Position numbers and translations under genes: made by a program. 64,000 bases of DNA. Origin: Mobula hypostoma (lineage: Eukaryota). Below are positions 51,238 through 62,729 of the stretch, one piece after another (within the stretch, counting starts at the first letter, position 1; each line of letters begins with the position of its first letter). The stretch is from contig NC_086097.1 of the NCBI RefSeq assembly GCF_963921235.1, forward strand, positions 121,026,001 to 121,090,000, read 5' to 3'. The notes under the pieces were generated by a model. It ran no database searches, was not told the DNA's origin, and was given only the letters and a program-made list of their open reading frames with translations.

Positions 51238-51795
51238 ACACACAGTAGCCACTTTATTAGGTACAGGAGTGGAACCCAATGTGCTCTTCTGCTGCTGTAG
51301 CTCATCCACTTCACGTTTAAATGTGTTGTGCATTCAGAGATGCTCTTCCACATGACACTATTGTAACACGCGGTTATTAGAGTTACTGTCGCCTTCCTGT
51401 CAGCTTGAGCCTGTCTGGTCATTTTCCTCTGACCTCTCTCATTAACAAGGTATTTTCCTCCACAGGTCTGCTGGTCACTGGATGGTATTTTTTCCTTTGT
51501 TTTGCATGCAATTCTCTGTAAACTCTAGAGACTGTTCCGTGTGAAAATCCCAAGAGGTCAGCAGTTTCTGAGATGTTCAAACCACCCCATCTAGCATCAA
51601 GAGTCATTCCCTGGTCAAAGTCAATTGGGTCACATTTCTTCCCCATTCTGATGTTTGGTCTGAACAACAACTGAACCACTTGATGATGTCTATATGCTTT
51701 TATGCATTGAGTTGCTGCCACATAATTGGCTGATAAGATATTTGCATTAATGAGCAGGTTTACAGGTGTACCTAATAAAGTGGCCACTGAGTGCA
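51238..51795 (-). mobile_element. Tc1-like non-autonomous element
   Basis: TIRs cacagtagccactttattaggtac / gtacctaataaagtggccactgagtg; RMGKKCD..GLNISETADLLGFSHGTVSRVYRE. Confidence 0.88.
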
Positions 51796-51829
51796 TTTTT
51801 CTGCAATTCCCATACAATTAATCTCACTC

Positions 51830-52450
51830 CCCTATCGCTCCAGGCAGAGCAAGATAGTTTCCTTCATTCTCACCTTCCACTGCACTGACCTCTGCATCCA
51901 GCATATCATCTCCTTCAGAACCCAAAAATAGGCCCCTCACCCACTTCCATTTCCTTTATTTTGCAGGGACCACGGTCTTCATGACCCGCTGGTTAACTCA
52001 TCTCTTCCTCAACGTCCCCTCATACTTTCCACTGCAACTAAAGGAGATGCAATACCTCTCCCTTCACCTCTTCCCTCACCACCACCATCCAGGGACACAA
52101 AAAAACTCCCCAGATGAGGCAGAGATTCATGTGCACTTCCTCCAACATGATCTATTGTATTTGGTGCTTTCAGCGCGGCTTCCTCTGCTTCAGTGAGTTC
52201 AAGTATAGCCAAAGCAGCTGTTTCACGAAGCACTAGCAATCCATCCACACTGGCCAGCGTGACTACAAACAAGAGATAATCGACAGATGCTGGAAATCTG
52301 AGCAACACACACAAAATGTTGGATGAACTCAGCAGGCCTGGCAGCATCTATGCAAATGGCTGCAAGTAATTTTAACTCCACATCTGTCTTCATCCTTCTA
52401 CAACGCTAAACACTAACTCCAATGCCATCTCATATTCCACTGCGTAGCCA
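51830..52450 (+). mobile_element. Degraded Penelope-like fragments with an inverted terminal piece (52265-52352)
   Basis: tgatctattgtatttggtgc GIY-YIG remnant; gatgctggaaatctgagcaacacacacaaaatg. Confidence 0.55.
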
Positions 52451-52489
52451 TTTTTTTTCAGTGTGATCACTTGAGTCAGGTGTTACAGT

Positions 52490-52885
52490 CTAAGGGGTTG
52501 GCTATTGGTAGATCCTCAGGTGGCAGAGACTGATCTGGAATCCACATATCCAGGATATTATGGTGGAATCCCTGAATAAAGAATGTTGTGCATGACTTTG
52601 CTTAGCATATGCACCACCACACAAACTGGGGTCAGGGTTCAGCAGCATGGAATGCAAGACAACTAGGGACCCTTCACGGCTACAGCCTTCTTCCACCTGT
52701 ACAACTGTTTGTTGTGTCCTCATCTTCCACCAGCTCAACCGTTGAGGTCTCGGTTAGATTACTCCATGTCTGGAACTTTCCCCTTGACCTTGCCACCAAG
52801 GCTGAATTGCAGACAGTATCACTCTCTGGATCTCAGGAGCTCACAAGCCTGTCCAGCACAGGAAGGTGACAATCCTCCGAGAAGA
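52490..52885 (-). mobile_element. Probable RTE-clade 5' region remnant
   Basis: Reverse complement reads gcttgtgagctcctgagatcc..ggtggcaaggtcaaggggaaagttccagac, resembling RTE/Expander 5'UTRs. Confidence 0.45.
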
Positions 52886-54231
52886 TTGGGTGGACTATAG
52901 AACAATGACATCAACATTGAAAGTACCAGTTTTAGATAACCCACACCCCCTGCGTTCCTTTCAGACTCCTACCAGCCCACCCAGTATCCCTCTTCCATTT
53001 TCCATCTTTTCCATTCAACTCCCCAGGCTACCTTCTTACCAAGACCTGTTAGCCTCTCAAAGGTGGTTCCAATTGCCCATCAGTCACCTAGGTCTCTTTT
53101 CCATTGGTTCTCCTTTCTTAACCCCTTCCCTCCTGTTTCTATCTGACCGTAATTCCATCTAACCTCACACTCTAGCTTATTGTGATCTTGCACCAAGCTC
53201 AAGGATACCTCCTACCCAGCTAGTGTGAGAACATTGAATGGGTTCTGAGTTCTTCACCTCACTATCTTCTTCTTATTGATCTTACGCCTTACTGTCTACT
53301 TGCACTGCACTTTCTCTGTAGCTGTTCCATTTTATTCTGTATCATTTTACTTTGTTCTACCTCAACACACTGTGTAATGATTTGATCTGTATGAATGTTA
53401 GGCAAGACAAGCTTTTGACAGTACCTTAAAACATGTGACAATAACCTTGTACCTGAGTCCGCGAGTGTCTGCAGATCTGCTGGGGGAGTCGAAGGTGCAA
53501 TGTTTTTGATCCTCCAGTATGCAGGAAGCAGGAGGCTGGAGAAAACAGCCTCATCCTGGAGTTGGAGGACTGTATATTCACACCACAAGGGTGGTGTGGA
53601 AATTGCAGCAAGGCAAGGGTTAACATAATGACCAGGCAAGGATAGAATGCAGATAGAGTGCAGACAGCCCGGGCAAGAAATTTCTTTGAAAAACATAGCT
53701 TCCCTTTGCACAGCAGGTTACCAGAGCCATTTTGCTTACGGAGATGAGATAAGAATGTAGCAGGAGGATGCAAACCACACAGACAAACTAAGGGGCAATT
53801 ACTTTACTAATGGCAGGATATAAACAGTTATCAGCTTGTAGATTCTACTGGCTTTTAACAACTCTATTGTAAACGGCGATTGATGTTGCAAAAAAGGAAC
53901 TTAAACATACACAGTTCACCAAATGGTCACCGTCCATAACTGTTCGTCCAATCTGTATAAAAATAGCATTCTCCTTGTGCACAAGTAAAATCAAGTGTGA
54001 TTGAGGAACGAGTGTGAGTTTTCAGAGTGCGGTTACTCGGTGACAAAAATGGATGGTTGGCATGGTGGAGTGGGGCTTGTTTTGATGTTGTTGCTTTGTA
54101 GCTTGTTGTGTTCTGTGATGTTCTACTAAGCAAGATGGGTGCGCTATGTTGGAACCAGAATGTGTTTCTGCTGCAAATCTTTCGATTACGCTGGTAGTTA
54201 ACTCAATCAACATACTGTATTTCACTATATT

Positions 54232-54375
54232 AAACACACATAAAATGCTGGAGGGACTCAGAGGTCGGACAGCTTCTATGGAAAAGAGTGAACAGTCGAT
54301 GTTTCAGGCCAAGTTCCTTCATCAGGTGTGGGTTGTTTAGCATTTCCAGCATCTGCAGATTTTCTCATGTTTGTG
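54232..54375. mobile_element. Penelope-terminus derivative with minus-strand hammerhead core
   Basis: Minus strand CTGATGA-aggaacttggcct-GAAA-catc-gactg at 54293-54325. Confidence 0.65.
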
Positions 54376-54780
54376 ATATTTCACCAAATGCTTTGATGTA
54401 CTGTACATAATAAATAAACATGAATCTGAATTAATCTGAATAATAAATAAATTCCAGTTTCCTTATCTGTTTCCCCTCTTACCTACTGACCTCAGTCTCA
54501 ATACTCCCTCTCTCCTCTATATTTGGCTCTCATCCCTTTACGCCCTCAGTCTAAGGATCGCGACCCAAAATGTCAACCATCCCTTAGCCTCCACATCTGC
54601 TGTTTGACCTGCTGAGTTCTTCTAGCACTTTAAGTTTTGCTGCTGACGTCCTGCAGATTTAGCTTGGCTTGATCTTCAATTGAACTTTCAACAGCACATC
54701 CATTATTCAGAAAATAATAACCTTCCAGAAGAACTCAAAGGGCTAAGCTGTATTTATGGAAGTGAAAAGATGGTTAACAT

Positions 54781-55208
54781 TGTTAGATTAGGGTGCAGTA
54801 TTCTGCTTTTTTCTTGTTGATTTCTTGTAGTTTATATTTCCTACACATGCTTGTATTACAGCATCACCTATACACATGAAACTGTTCAGTGAATTTTCCA
54901 GTAATTACGATAGTTGTCTTGTATTTGATCAAGAAACTTCTTAGTTTTCAGTAACAGGCGTCGGGAAACTTGGATCTGCCAATTTACAGATTATTTTGTT
55001 ATTACTCGAACTTTGGTCATCTCTAGCCTGAGTATGAGATGACCACACCTTATTTTTCCACTTTTTATTTTATTTATTCTCTTTGCTCCTCTTCCTTGTT
55101 TGTTTCCCATTCCTGTAACATCTAATAAAACGATTGTAAGTATTAAACGTTATGCTTATTCTTGACTTCTGAAGAACCTTTGGAATAGAAAAGCATCAGG
55201 ATACAACA
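54781..55208 (+). mobile_element. Candidate solo LTR
   Basis: TGTT...AACA ends, ACAT on both flanks (54777-54780, 55209-55212), AATAAA ~55124. Confidence 0.45.
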
Positions 55209-55959
55209 ACATGGAGTTGACACTTCGGCCATAGAATCTATTATCCAGATTATCTAACTATTCCCTGAGGAAGTCCCTTAGGATGGACTCTAAGATAACT
55301 AGTAAGAACTGGACAAATGTGCTCAATAGGAAAGATGAGGTGATGCATTCCTGTCATTTATGTCAGGCTTCTGTGTATGCATAATTCTGAGGTCTGAATG
55401 CCATATCAAATCCTCCTCCTCCATTCTGATTAATCATTCGCCATGAATTCCCAAGAATCATTGAGAATGTTGGATTTTTTGAATCAGTTTTCAAAATACA
55501 TCTAATTTTTAAAAAAATTTTTCTATATCCATCCAGTAATTTCTTTCTCAGAGAATAGGATAGAATGTCATGTTTGTCAGGCAGATGAATAATGTGCTTT
55601 GTAAAACATGAACATGAAAGGTAATTGGGGACTTTGGGCTGGGAGAGGACACTGACATTATCTTGCTGATTCTTGCAGTGGGTTTCTATATCTATCCAGT
55701 GCCTTAAGGCCACAGTCCAGATAGACCTGGTCTAGAAAGTATATACAGTACAAGGGCAGGGATCATTGGTGCCTGGTAGATCATTCACTTTGTACTAGGC
55801 TTGAGATCTTGACATAGTGATAGTTTTACAGGACAGAAAAGGGTCCTTCACCCCATCACACCTACGTTGCTCTTTGTGACCGTACTAGATCTTAATTCTT
55901 CTAGCCTTTGTCTTTCACATAAAGTGTAAAAGGGAGGTGAGAATGAATATTGGACCACT

Positions 55960-56682
55960 GGAAAATGATGCTGGTTGGTAGTAATGGGAGGAAAATGAAA
56001 TGGTGGATGAACTGATGAAGTATTTTGCATCAGCCTTCACTCTGGCAGTCTAAGGCACTAGCAGTCTGGTAGAAGTTGCAGGTGTCAGGGGGCATGAAGT
56101 GTATGAAATTACCACAACCAGACAGAAGGTTCTTGAAAGGTAAATAAGTCACCTGGACCAGATGATGTACACCCCAGAGTTGTGCAAGAAGTAGCTGAAG
56201 AGATTCTGGAGGCATTAGTAATGATCTTTCAAGAATCACTAGATTCTGAAATGGCTCTGGAAGACTGTAAAGTTGCAAAGGTCTCTCCACCCTTCAAGAA
56301 GGGACAGAGGCAAAAGAAAGGAAACTGTAGACCAGTTAGTCTGATCTCAGCGGTTGGGAAAAAGTTGGGGTTGATTATTAAAGATGAAGTCTCAGGGTGC
56401 TTGGAGGCACATGATAAAATAGGTCGTAGTCAACATGGTTTCCTCAAGGGAATATCTTGCCTGACATGAATGATTTGGATGATGGAATTGATGGCTTTGT
56501 TGCAAAGTTTGCAGACAGTATGAAGATAAGTGGAGGTGCAGGTAGTTTTGAGGAAGTAGAGTGGCTACAGAAGGATTTAGATTGGGCGAAGAAGTGGCAG
56601 ATTGAATACACTGTTGTAAAGTGTATGGTCATGCAATGCAGTAGAAGAAATGAAAGGGTACACAATTTTCTAAATGGTGAAT
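55960..56682 (+). mobile_element. Degraded CR1 RT fragment with deletions
   Basis: EVAEEILEALVMIFQESL..QHGFLKG; NDLDDGIDGFVAKFADSMK. Confidence 0.88.
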
Positions 56683-57164
56683 ATTACTCCACTGTATAGT
56701 TTTACACAAGGGGAGCAGGTACAGACTGGAATTCTGATCACCTTGTTCCAAGAGGTTGGTTGCCTTCAGTGTAATTTCAAAAACCTGTATTTTCACCTTT
56801 CTGAAATAACTTCCTGTAAATGAACAATGCTGGGAGCAATTATAAGGGGTAGATTAGAAAGATCTGCAGTCCTTTCCTTGACTATCATTTAATAAGATTT
56901 AATACATTCAATGCTTCAACACTCTGTACTATCAAAAGCAAGCAGAATGAAGCAGCCAAAGCGCTACTCCCCTGCTGAGTCACATTGGGATGTGCTCAAG
57001 AATCTGGAAAACTGATTGAAAAAACAGGAACTGCTTTTACAAAACATCATAACGTAATCCTGAGTAACCAGTCTCGTCTTGTTAAATAATTGATCTAACA
57101 GGCCCTCTTAAGAATCCTTTATTAAATCAGTGCCAATTAATCATACATTGGATAATATGCTTCA

Positions 57165-57365
57165 TGGAGTTCTTGGAACGTCAGACATTCTCCATGTGAC
57201 CGCGCTGGTTTCTTCCAGGTGCTCTGGTTTCCTGTTGGTAGGTTCATTAGTTGATGTAAATTGTCCTGTGCTTAGGCTGAGATTAAATCAGGGGATTACT
57301 GGATGGCATGGCTCTAGGGGCCAGAGGGGCCCATTCTGTGCTGTATCTCAATAAACAAATAAAAC
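57165..57365 (+). mobile_element. V-SINE fragment, followed by very old CR1 remnant to ~57920
   Basis: ttctccatgtgaccgcgctggtttcttccaggtgctctggtttcc; ctgtgctgtatctcaataaa tail. Confidence 0.6.
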
Positions 57366-57924
57366 TATGGAGTGACATTGGTTAAAGGACAGAAAACAAC
57401 GAGGAAGAATTAATGGGTCATTTTCAGGCTGGCAAACTGACCACAGGGGCTTTGCTACGCAGATCCGTTGGGGACCCTCACCCTATATATTAATATCAAT
57501 GAAATGTTGAAATATAATGAACTTAAATGCACAGATTAGACAAAACTGGTTGAGAAAGTAAGCAATGAAGAGTCTGCGCAAAGATAATGGGCTCTGGGGA
57601 AAGTTGCAGAAGAATGAAGTATTTGATGTTGTGCATTTTGAAAGGAAGAATAGGAAAACAAGACAACGATGAGAAGCCTTTGGACAGAGAAAGACCTTGG
57701 TACTAGGTCCATGAGACACTAGAGGGTAAAGGGGAAGTAATTAGGAGAGCAAATACTTTGCTGGCTCTAACTGCAGGGGATCTGGAATACAAAAATGCTC
57801 TAACATTTCCTCTAGACTTTGGTTAATGCTGTGTGCAATTCTAATTTCAATACCAAAAGGAGGGAGTACTGGCCTTACGGAACCAGCAGATTTATTCCCG
57901 AAGTTTTGAGCTTGAAGAGAGATT

Positions 57925-58205
57925 AATTTATTTTTACTGTATATTTAAAGATACAGTACAGGATAGGCTCTTCTGGTCCAATGAGCCGAGACACCTAGCA
58001 ACCCACCCATTTAACCCTAGCCTAATCATGGGACAATTTACAATTACCAGTTAACCTACTAACTTGTACAACTGTGGGAGGAGATCAGCGCTGTCAAAGG
58101 AAACCCATGTGGTCACGGGGAGAACGTACAAACTCCTTACAGACGGTGCCAGTATTGAACTCTGAACTCCAACACTCTGATCTGTAATAGCATCGCGCTA
58201 ACCAC
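57925..58205 (-). mobile_element. V-SINE
   Basis: ggaaacccatgtggtcacggggagaacgtacaaactccttacagac is the reverse complement of the V-domain. Confidence 0.8.
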
Positions 58206-58519
58206 TTGCTGGAAGTATCGAAGAATGTAAGTTGATCTCAAAGGGACAAAGGATGTCAAACTTGACACAATGGGGGCTGAATGCTTTCCGTTAACTGGAG
58301 ACAACAGAAAAGAGATGAGGGGAACTACACAGAGGCAGAGCATTGCGAATGTTTGCCGTTCTCATCCAGAGGGGGCTGTAGCTATTCAGTTGTTGTGAAC
58401 AGAGGGGTGTGATAGATAGAACTTTGCAAAGTGGGAGATCAGATGAAATAGGCATGCAGCAGAGAAGTGAATGAGCCATGGGCTTAATAAACAGCAGAGA
58501 TAACCTTCACAAGGCAATG

Positions 58520-58857
58520 CCTCAACAAGACGGTATCCATCATTAAGGACCCTCCTGCCCATTCACCCAGGACATGCCTTCTTCTCATTTCTACCACCAG
58601 AGAGGTGATATTGGAGCCTGAAGACGCACACTCAATGTTTTGGGGACAGCTTCTTCCCTTCCACTATCAGAATTCTGAATGAGCAATGAATCCATGAGCC
58701 TCATCAATTTTTTACTTTCTTTTTGCGCTAACTTAACTTCTGATATATATTTATTATTATAATTTATTGCACTTTTTATGTATTGCACTGTACTGCTCCC
58801 ACAAAACAACAAATTTCATAACACATGTCAGAATAACAAACCTGATTCTGATTCTGA
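58520..58857 (+). mobile_element. Rex1/Babar 3' fragment
   Basis: tccatcattaaggaccc..gacagcttcttccc; aaacctgattctgattctga tail. Confidence 0.7.
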
Positions 58858-59379
58858 CCATATGATGAACCTAACAGAGAGAAAAAAGAAATTCTGGAAC
58901 TAATCCAAAGATAATGTCGAAATCTCCAGGAGATTCAGTACTCTAGAGCATTGACAGATCCATTCTCCCACGAGATCAGTGTTGAACGAGGGGAAGAAAG
59001 GGATAAAACAATATACTGACAGTGTGAGAGGAAGTAAAGAGGCACGGACATGTGGAAGTTAACCATTAATGAATACTTTTGCTCTTGTTATGCCTCTACT
59101 GCACCAGCTTGTCAAGTTTGCTATTGAAAGCAGCAGCTGGTAAATTTATACTCACAACACATCTCTGATAACCTATTTCCAACATTTAATGATTCTGTAA
59201 CAAGAAATCGATATCATCCAAAACTGATTTCACATTTTATGCTACCGCATTTTTGTATTCTTGTCCACAATAATCTGTCTATCCAGACAGAGTCCGTTCC
59301 TACCTCAGCTGGTGGAATTTATCCCACAATGAATGGTCCACTGGAGAAAACAAAACTTGAGTGGTACATAACATCCTAA

Positions 59380-59905
59380 ACCATAAAATGTAGGAGCAGA
59401 ATTAGGTAATCTGGTCCACCATTCCATCATGGTTGATTATTACAACTCTCAACACAATTCTCTTGCCTTCCCCCCATAACCTTTGACACCCTTGGTAATC
59501 AAGAGCCTATCAACCAACACTTTAAATATACCCAATGACTTGGTCTCCTTGACCTTCCATGGCAATGAATTCCATAGATTCACTGACCTCTGATAAAGAA
59601 ACTCCTCCTCGCCTCCCGCACTGGCCCTAGACTCTCCCACTATTGGAAATATCCTCTCTCCATCAACTCTATTCAGGCCTTTCAATATTTGCTAGGCTTC
59701 AATGAGATCCCCCCTCATTCTTCTGAACCAGCGAGTACAGGGGCTTAGAACCATTAAACACTTGTTAATCTTCTCATTCCTGAGATCATTCTCGTGAGCC
59801 TCCTATCAAATGCCTCCATTGCCAGCACTTGCTTTCTTAGATAGCGGGCCAAAAACTGCTCACAATACTCTAAATATGGTCTGACCAATGTCTATTAAAG
59901 CTTCA
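59380..59905 (-). mobile_element. CR1 3' fragment
   Basis: KGLNRVDGERIFPIVGESR..VNLWNSLP. Confidence 0.82.
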
Positions 59906-61069
59906 ACTCCCTCCTGAGGTTTTGGAGGAGGTAGGATTTGACATTAGAATAAAAGAGGAATCATATGAAGATCTTTATACTAGGGTCTTTAGTCAAAATG
60001 TATATACTTAAAATAAGCAATAGGGCAACGTGGACCTGAAGAAATGTTAAAAATATTCATGTAGACAGATGTTAGTGCACATGTTCCTTTGTGATGATTC
60101 AGCAACATAAAACTTCTGGGAAACTGGCCAGATTTGGGATATTGAAATAACAAAGTTAAGAATTGGGTAAAAGATTTGAAGTTTGCAGGCACGGTTAAAG
60201 AACATCAGTTGACTTTGCTATCTTCAATAGATCTGATGACTACTCTAAGGCATCATTTTTTATGACGTGTTTATCACAACCAGGCAAAATTGGGTCATGG
60301 TGATTTCTGTCCCATCAGCAAGATTCAACACCTCTGCTCAAAGATATAGGCAGCAATGGAAGCAACAAAAATAATTAGCTTTACCTTTAGATGAACCTTA
60401 GACCAGAGGTGACAAACTCAAGTACAATTATGAAGTAAACAAGTTAGTATACTAATACAATCACATCAATGTGGAGTTGAATGACCTCAAAACAGTGGAG
60501 ACGCATATCAGCTTCAGGAGAAATGAGTCTCCTCTCCACCCACTCATCATCAACAACTCTACGGTTAGCACTGCTTCAACATTCAGGTTTCTGAGTGTCA
60601 TTATTTCCCAGGACCTCATGTGGGAGTAACAAAAAGGTTCAGCAGAGGATGCACTTCTTGCAGCAGTTGGTAAAATTTCATCTTCCCCAGAACTTACTGG
60701 TACAATTCTACACTGCCGTCATAGAGAGCATCTTCACATCAGCCATTACTGTCTGGTTTGGAGCAGTGTCTTCTCACATTGTACAAAACTATAGTGGATT
60801 GCTAGGATAACAGAAAAGAACACTGGCTGCAGTCTACCATCACCGCAGGACTTGTACATATCCAGGACAATGAAGCAGGCAGTAAAAATCTTCGTGGATA
60901 CTCTTTCCAAGTTGCTTTTTCCCTTCTGGAAGATGCTACAAGGCTATTGAAACAAAAACTTCACATCCCTTTAAAGCTTCTTTTAATCAGTTAATCTGAT
61001 CAACCATTTTAGTTTGCCCCCCACCCCCATCCACTTATTGCCCCTGTCACTGCACTGGACTGTAAATAC

Positions 61070-61107
61070 TGGTCCTGACGAAGGGTCTCGGCCCGAAACA
61101 TCGACTG
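61070..61107 (+). ncRNA. Minimal type I hammerhead ribozyme motif (Penelope-associated)
   Basis: tggtc-CTGACGA-a-gggt ctcg gccc-GAAA-c-ATC-gactg: conserved core, stem II, stem I, vestigial stem III. Confidence 0.7.
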
Positions 61108-61208
61108 TACCTCTTCCTATAAATGCTGCCTGGCCTGCTGCGTTCACCAGCAACTTTGATGTGCGTTGCTTGAAATTCCAGCATCTGCAGATTTCCTCGT
61201 GTTTGCGT
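61071..61208 (+). mobile_element. Short Penelope terminal insertion
   Basis: 11-bp TSD CTGTAAATACT at 61060-61070 and 61209-61219; same subfamily as 23621-23759. Confidence 0.85.
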
Positions 61209-61369
61209 CTGTAAATACTAAATCAGGTTTTATAATATTATTTACATTGTTAATGCATGCTGGCAGTTTGGTATTTATGCACATTTTATTCCACATCACT
61301 TCTAACTTTATTTTTATATAGTATTTTATAATTGTTGAATGCTGTTGTTCTTTTTATTGCATGCAATGT

Positions 61370-61740
61370 CAACAGAGAATGGTGGCATCTCGATCAAAGG
61401 AGGTGCAATGCACTTCTTCCCTCCACTAGCCTGCAGATCGCCCTTAAGGTGTGGCAGCTGCTTAGCCCCAAGATCAGGGTCACGAGAAGCCAAGGGAGCA
61501 AGTGTTGAATGGTTGTATGAGCAACTGGTGCATATCACAAGTTCTCTTTATGTAACCACTGACGTCAGGCAGACAGTCTCTGAAGAGTATTGATAATGGC
61601 TGGGGTCACCCATTTTGTTAAGACACTACCCAGAAGACGACAATGGAAAATGAGTTCTGTAGAAAAGTTTGCCAAGAACAATCATGGTCATGGATAGACT
61701 ATGATCGCCCACATGGCAACACGGAATGTAATGATGCTGA
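61370..61740 (+). mobile_element. Non-autonomous RTE-tailed short element
   Basis: 3' caatggaaaa...ttctgtagaaaagtttgccaagaacaatcatgg..taatgatg resembles the RTE/BovB-type tail; no ORF. Confidence 0.55.
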
Positions 61741-62729
61741 AGAATGCCACCACACCACAGCAATCTCCTAACACATGTAAATGTATATGACGAATAAAGT
61801 TGATCCTTAACCATAAAGAAAATAATTCAGGGTTCAAACATCAATAGAGGCCTCCAATCACAACTGAATGCAGTAATTCATTTCATTTATATGGGACACT
61901 TATGTCTGGAAGTTTCACTGCACACTTTGGAGTGCAACAGAGTATGGGTGAAAGATATCCAGAATCTGGTTATTGACTCACTGCATCTGAAAATGTGTTG
62001 TCCTCACACCAAGATGGGGCTGTGGCTAGAAGTGGCCTTGCTGGTGGGAATGTGATCAGCACAAGAACATATGTGCTTATGTCTGCTTGGACAAGTTTAT
62101 TGTTGTTTTGTGATCTCAGAGAATAGGTTAGCTGTGAATATCCAATATAAACCACAGATTCCACACTGATATCAACTGCACCTCTTCCTATCCTATAAGA
62201 ACTCTATTCCACAGTTCACAGCACATTTATTATTGAAGCATGCATGCAGTATAAAATTTGTCTTCCCACAGGCAACAACGCAACAAAGAAATGCCATGGA
62301 ATCCATTCAAAGGGAACATCAAACACTCAATGCACAAAAAAAGAACAAAGTGCACAAACAGTAACAAACAGGTGATTAACACACAAAATATTAAACTTCA
62401 AACAGAGAACTTGAAACAGCCCAGGAATGTTCAGTTCAGTTTAGTACTGTGTCACTCATTGACCTCAGGCTGTCGAGTCGGTCCACTCTGATCAAAATGG
62501 TGCAAAATAGCAATAAAATGAGAGTAACCACAAATCAGAAACACATATAACATGAACTGCAGAATCCTCTAAAAATGAGTCCAATCCACAAAACACACCG
62601 ATCAAAAGTTGCCCAATACCCAAGACTCTGACACCTTTCTCTGGCAGCAGCGAGCAAGAGGGAGAGGGAGACCAGTTAAACGCAGGCACCTGCTCACCTT
62701 CTGCACTCATCCTTGTGGACTTCAATCTT

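Larger units (their letters stand above)
60485..61370 (+). mobile_element. Rex1/Babar RT C-terminal fragment
   Basis: KKVQQRMHFLQQLVKF.LPQ.LLVQFYTAVIESIFTSAITVWFG. Confidence 0.85.

Noticed and set aside
53289..53773. Overlapping 140-aa and 115-aa minus-strand ORFs
   Set aside because: No recognisable domain, and they run into a LINE tail.
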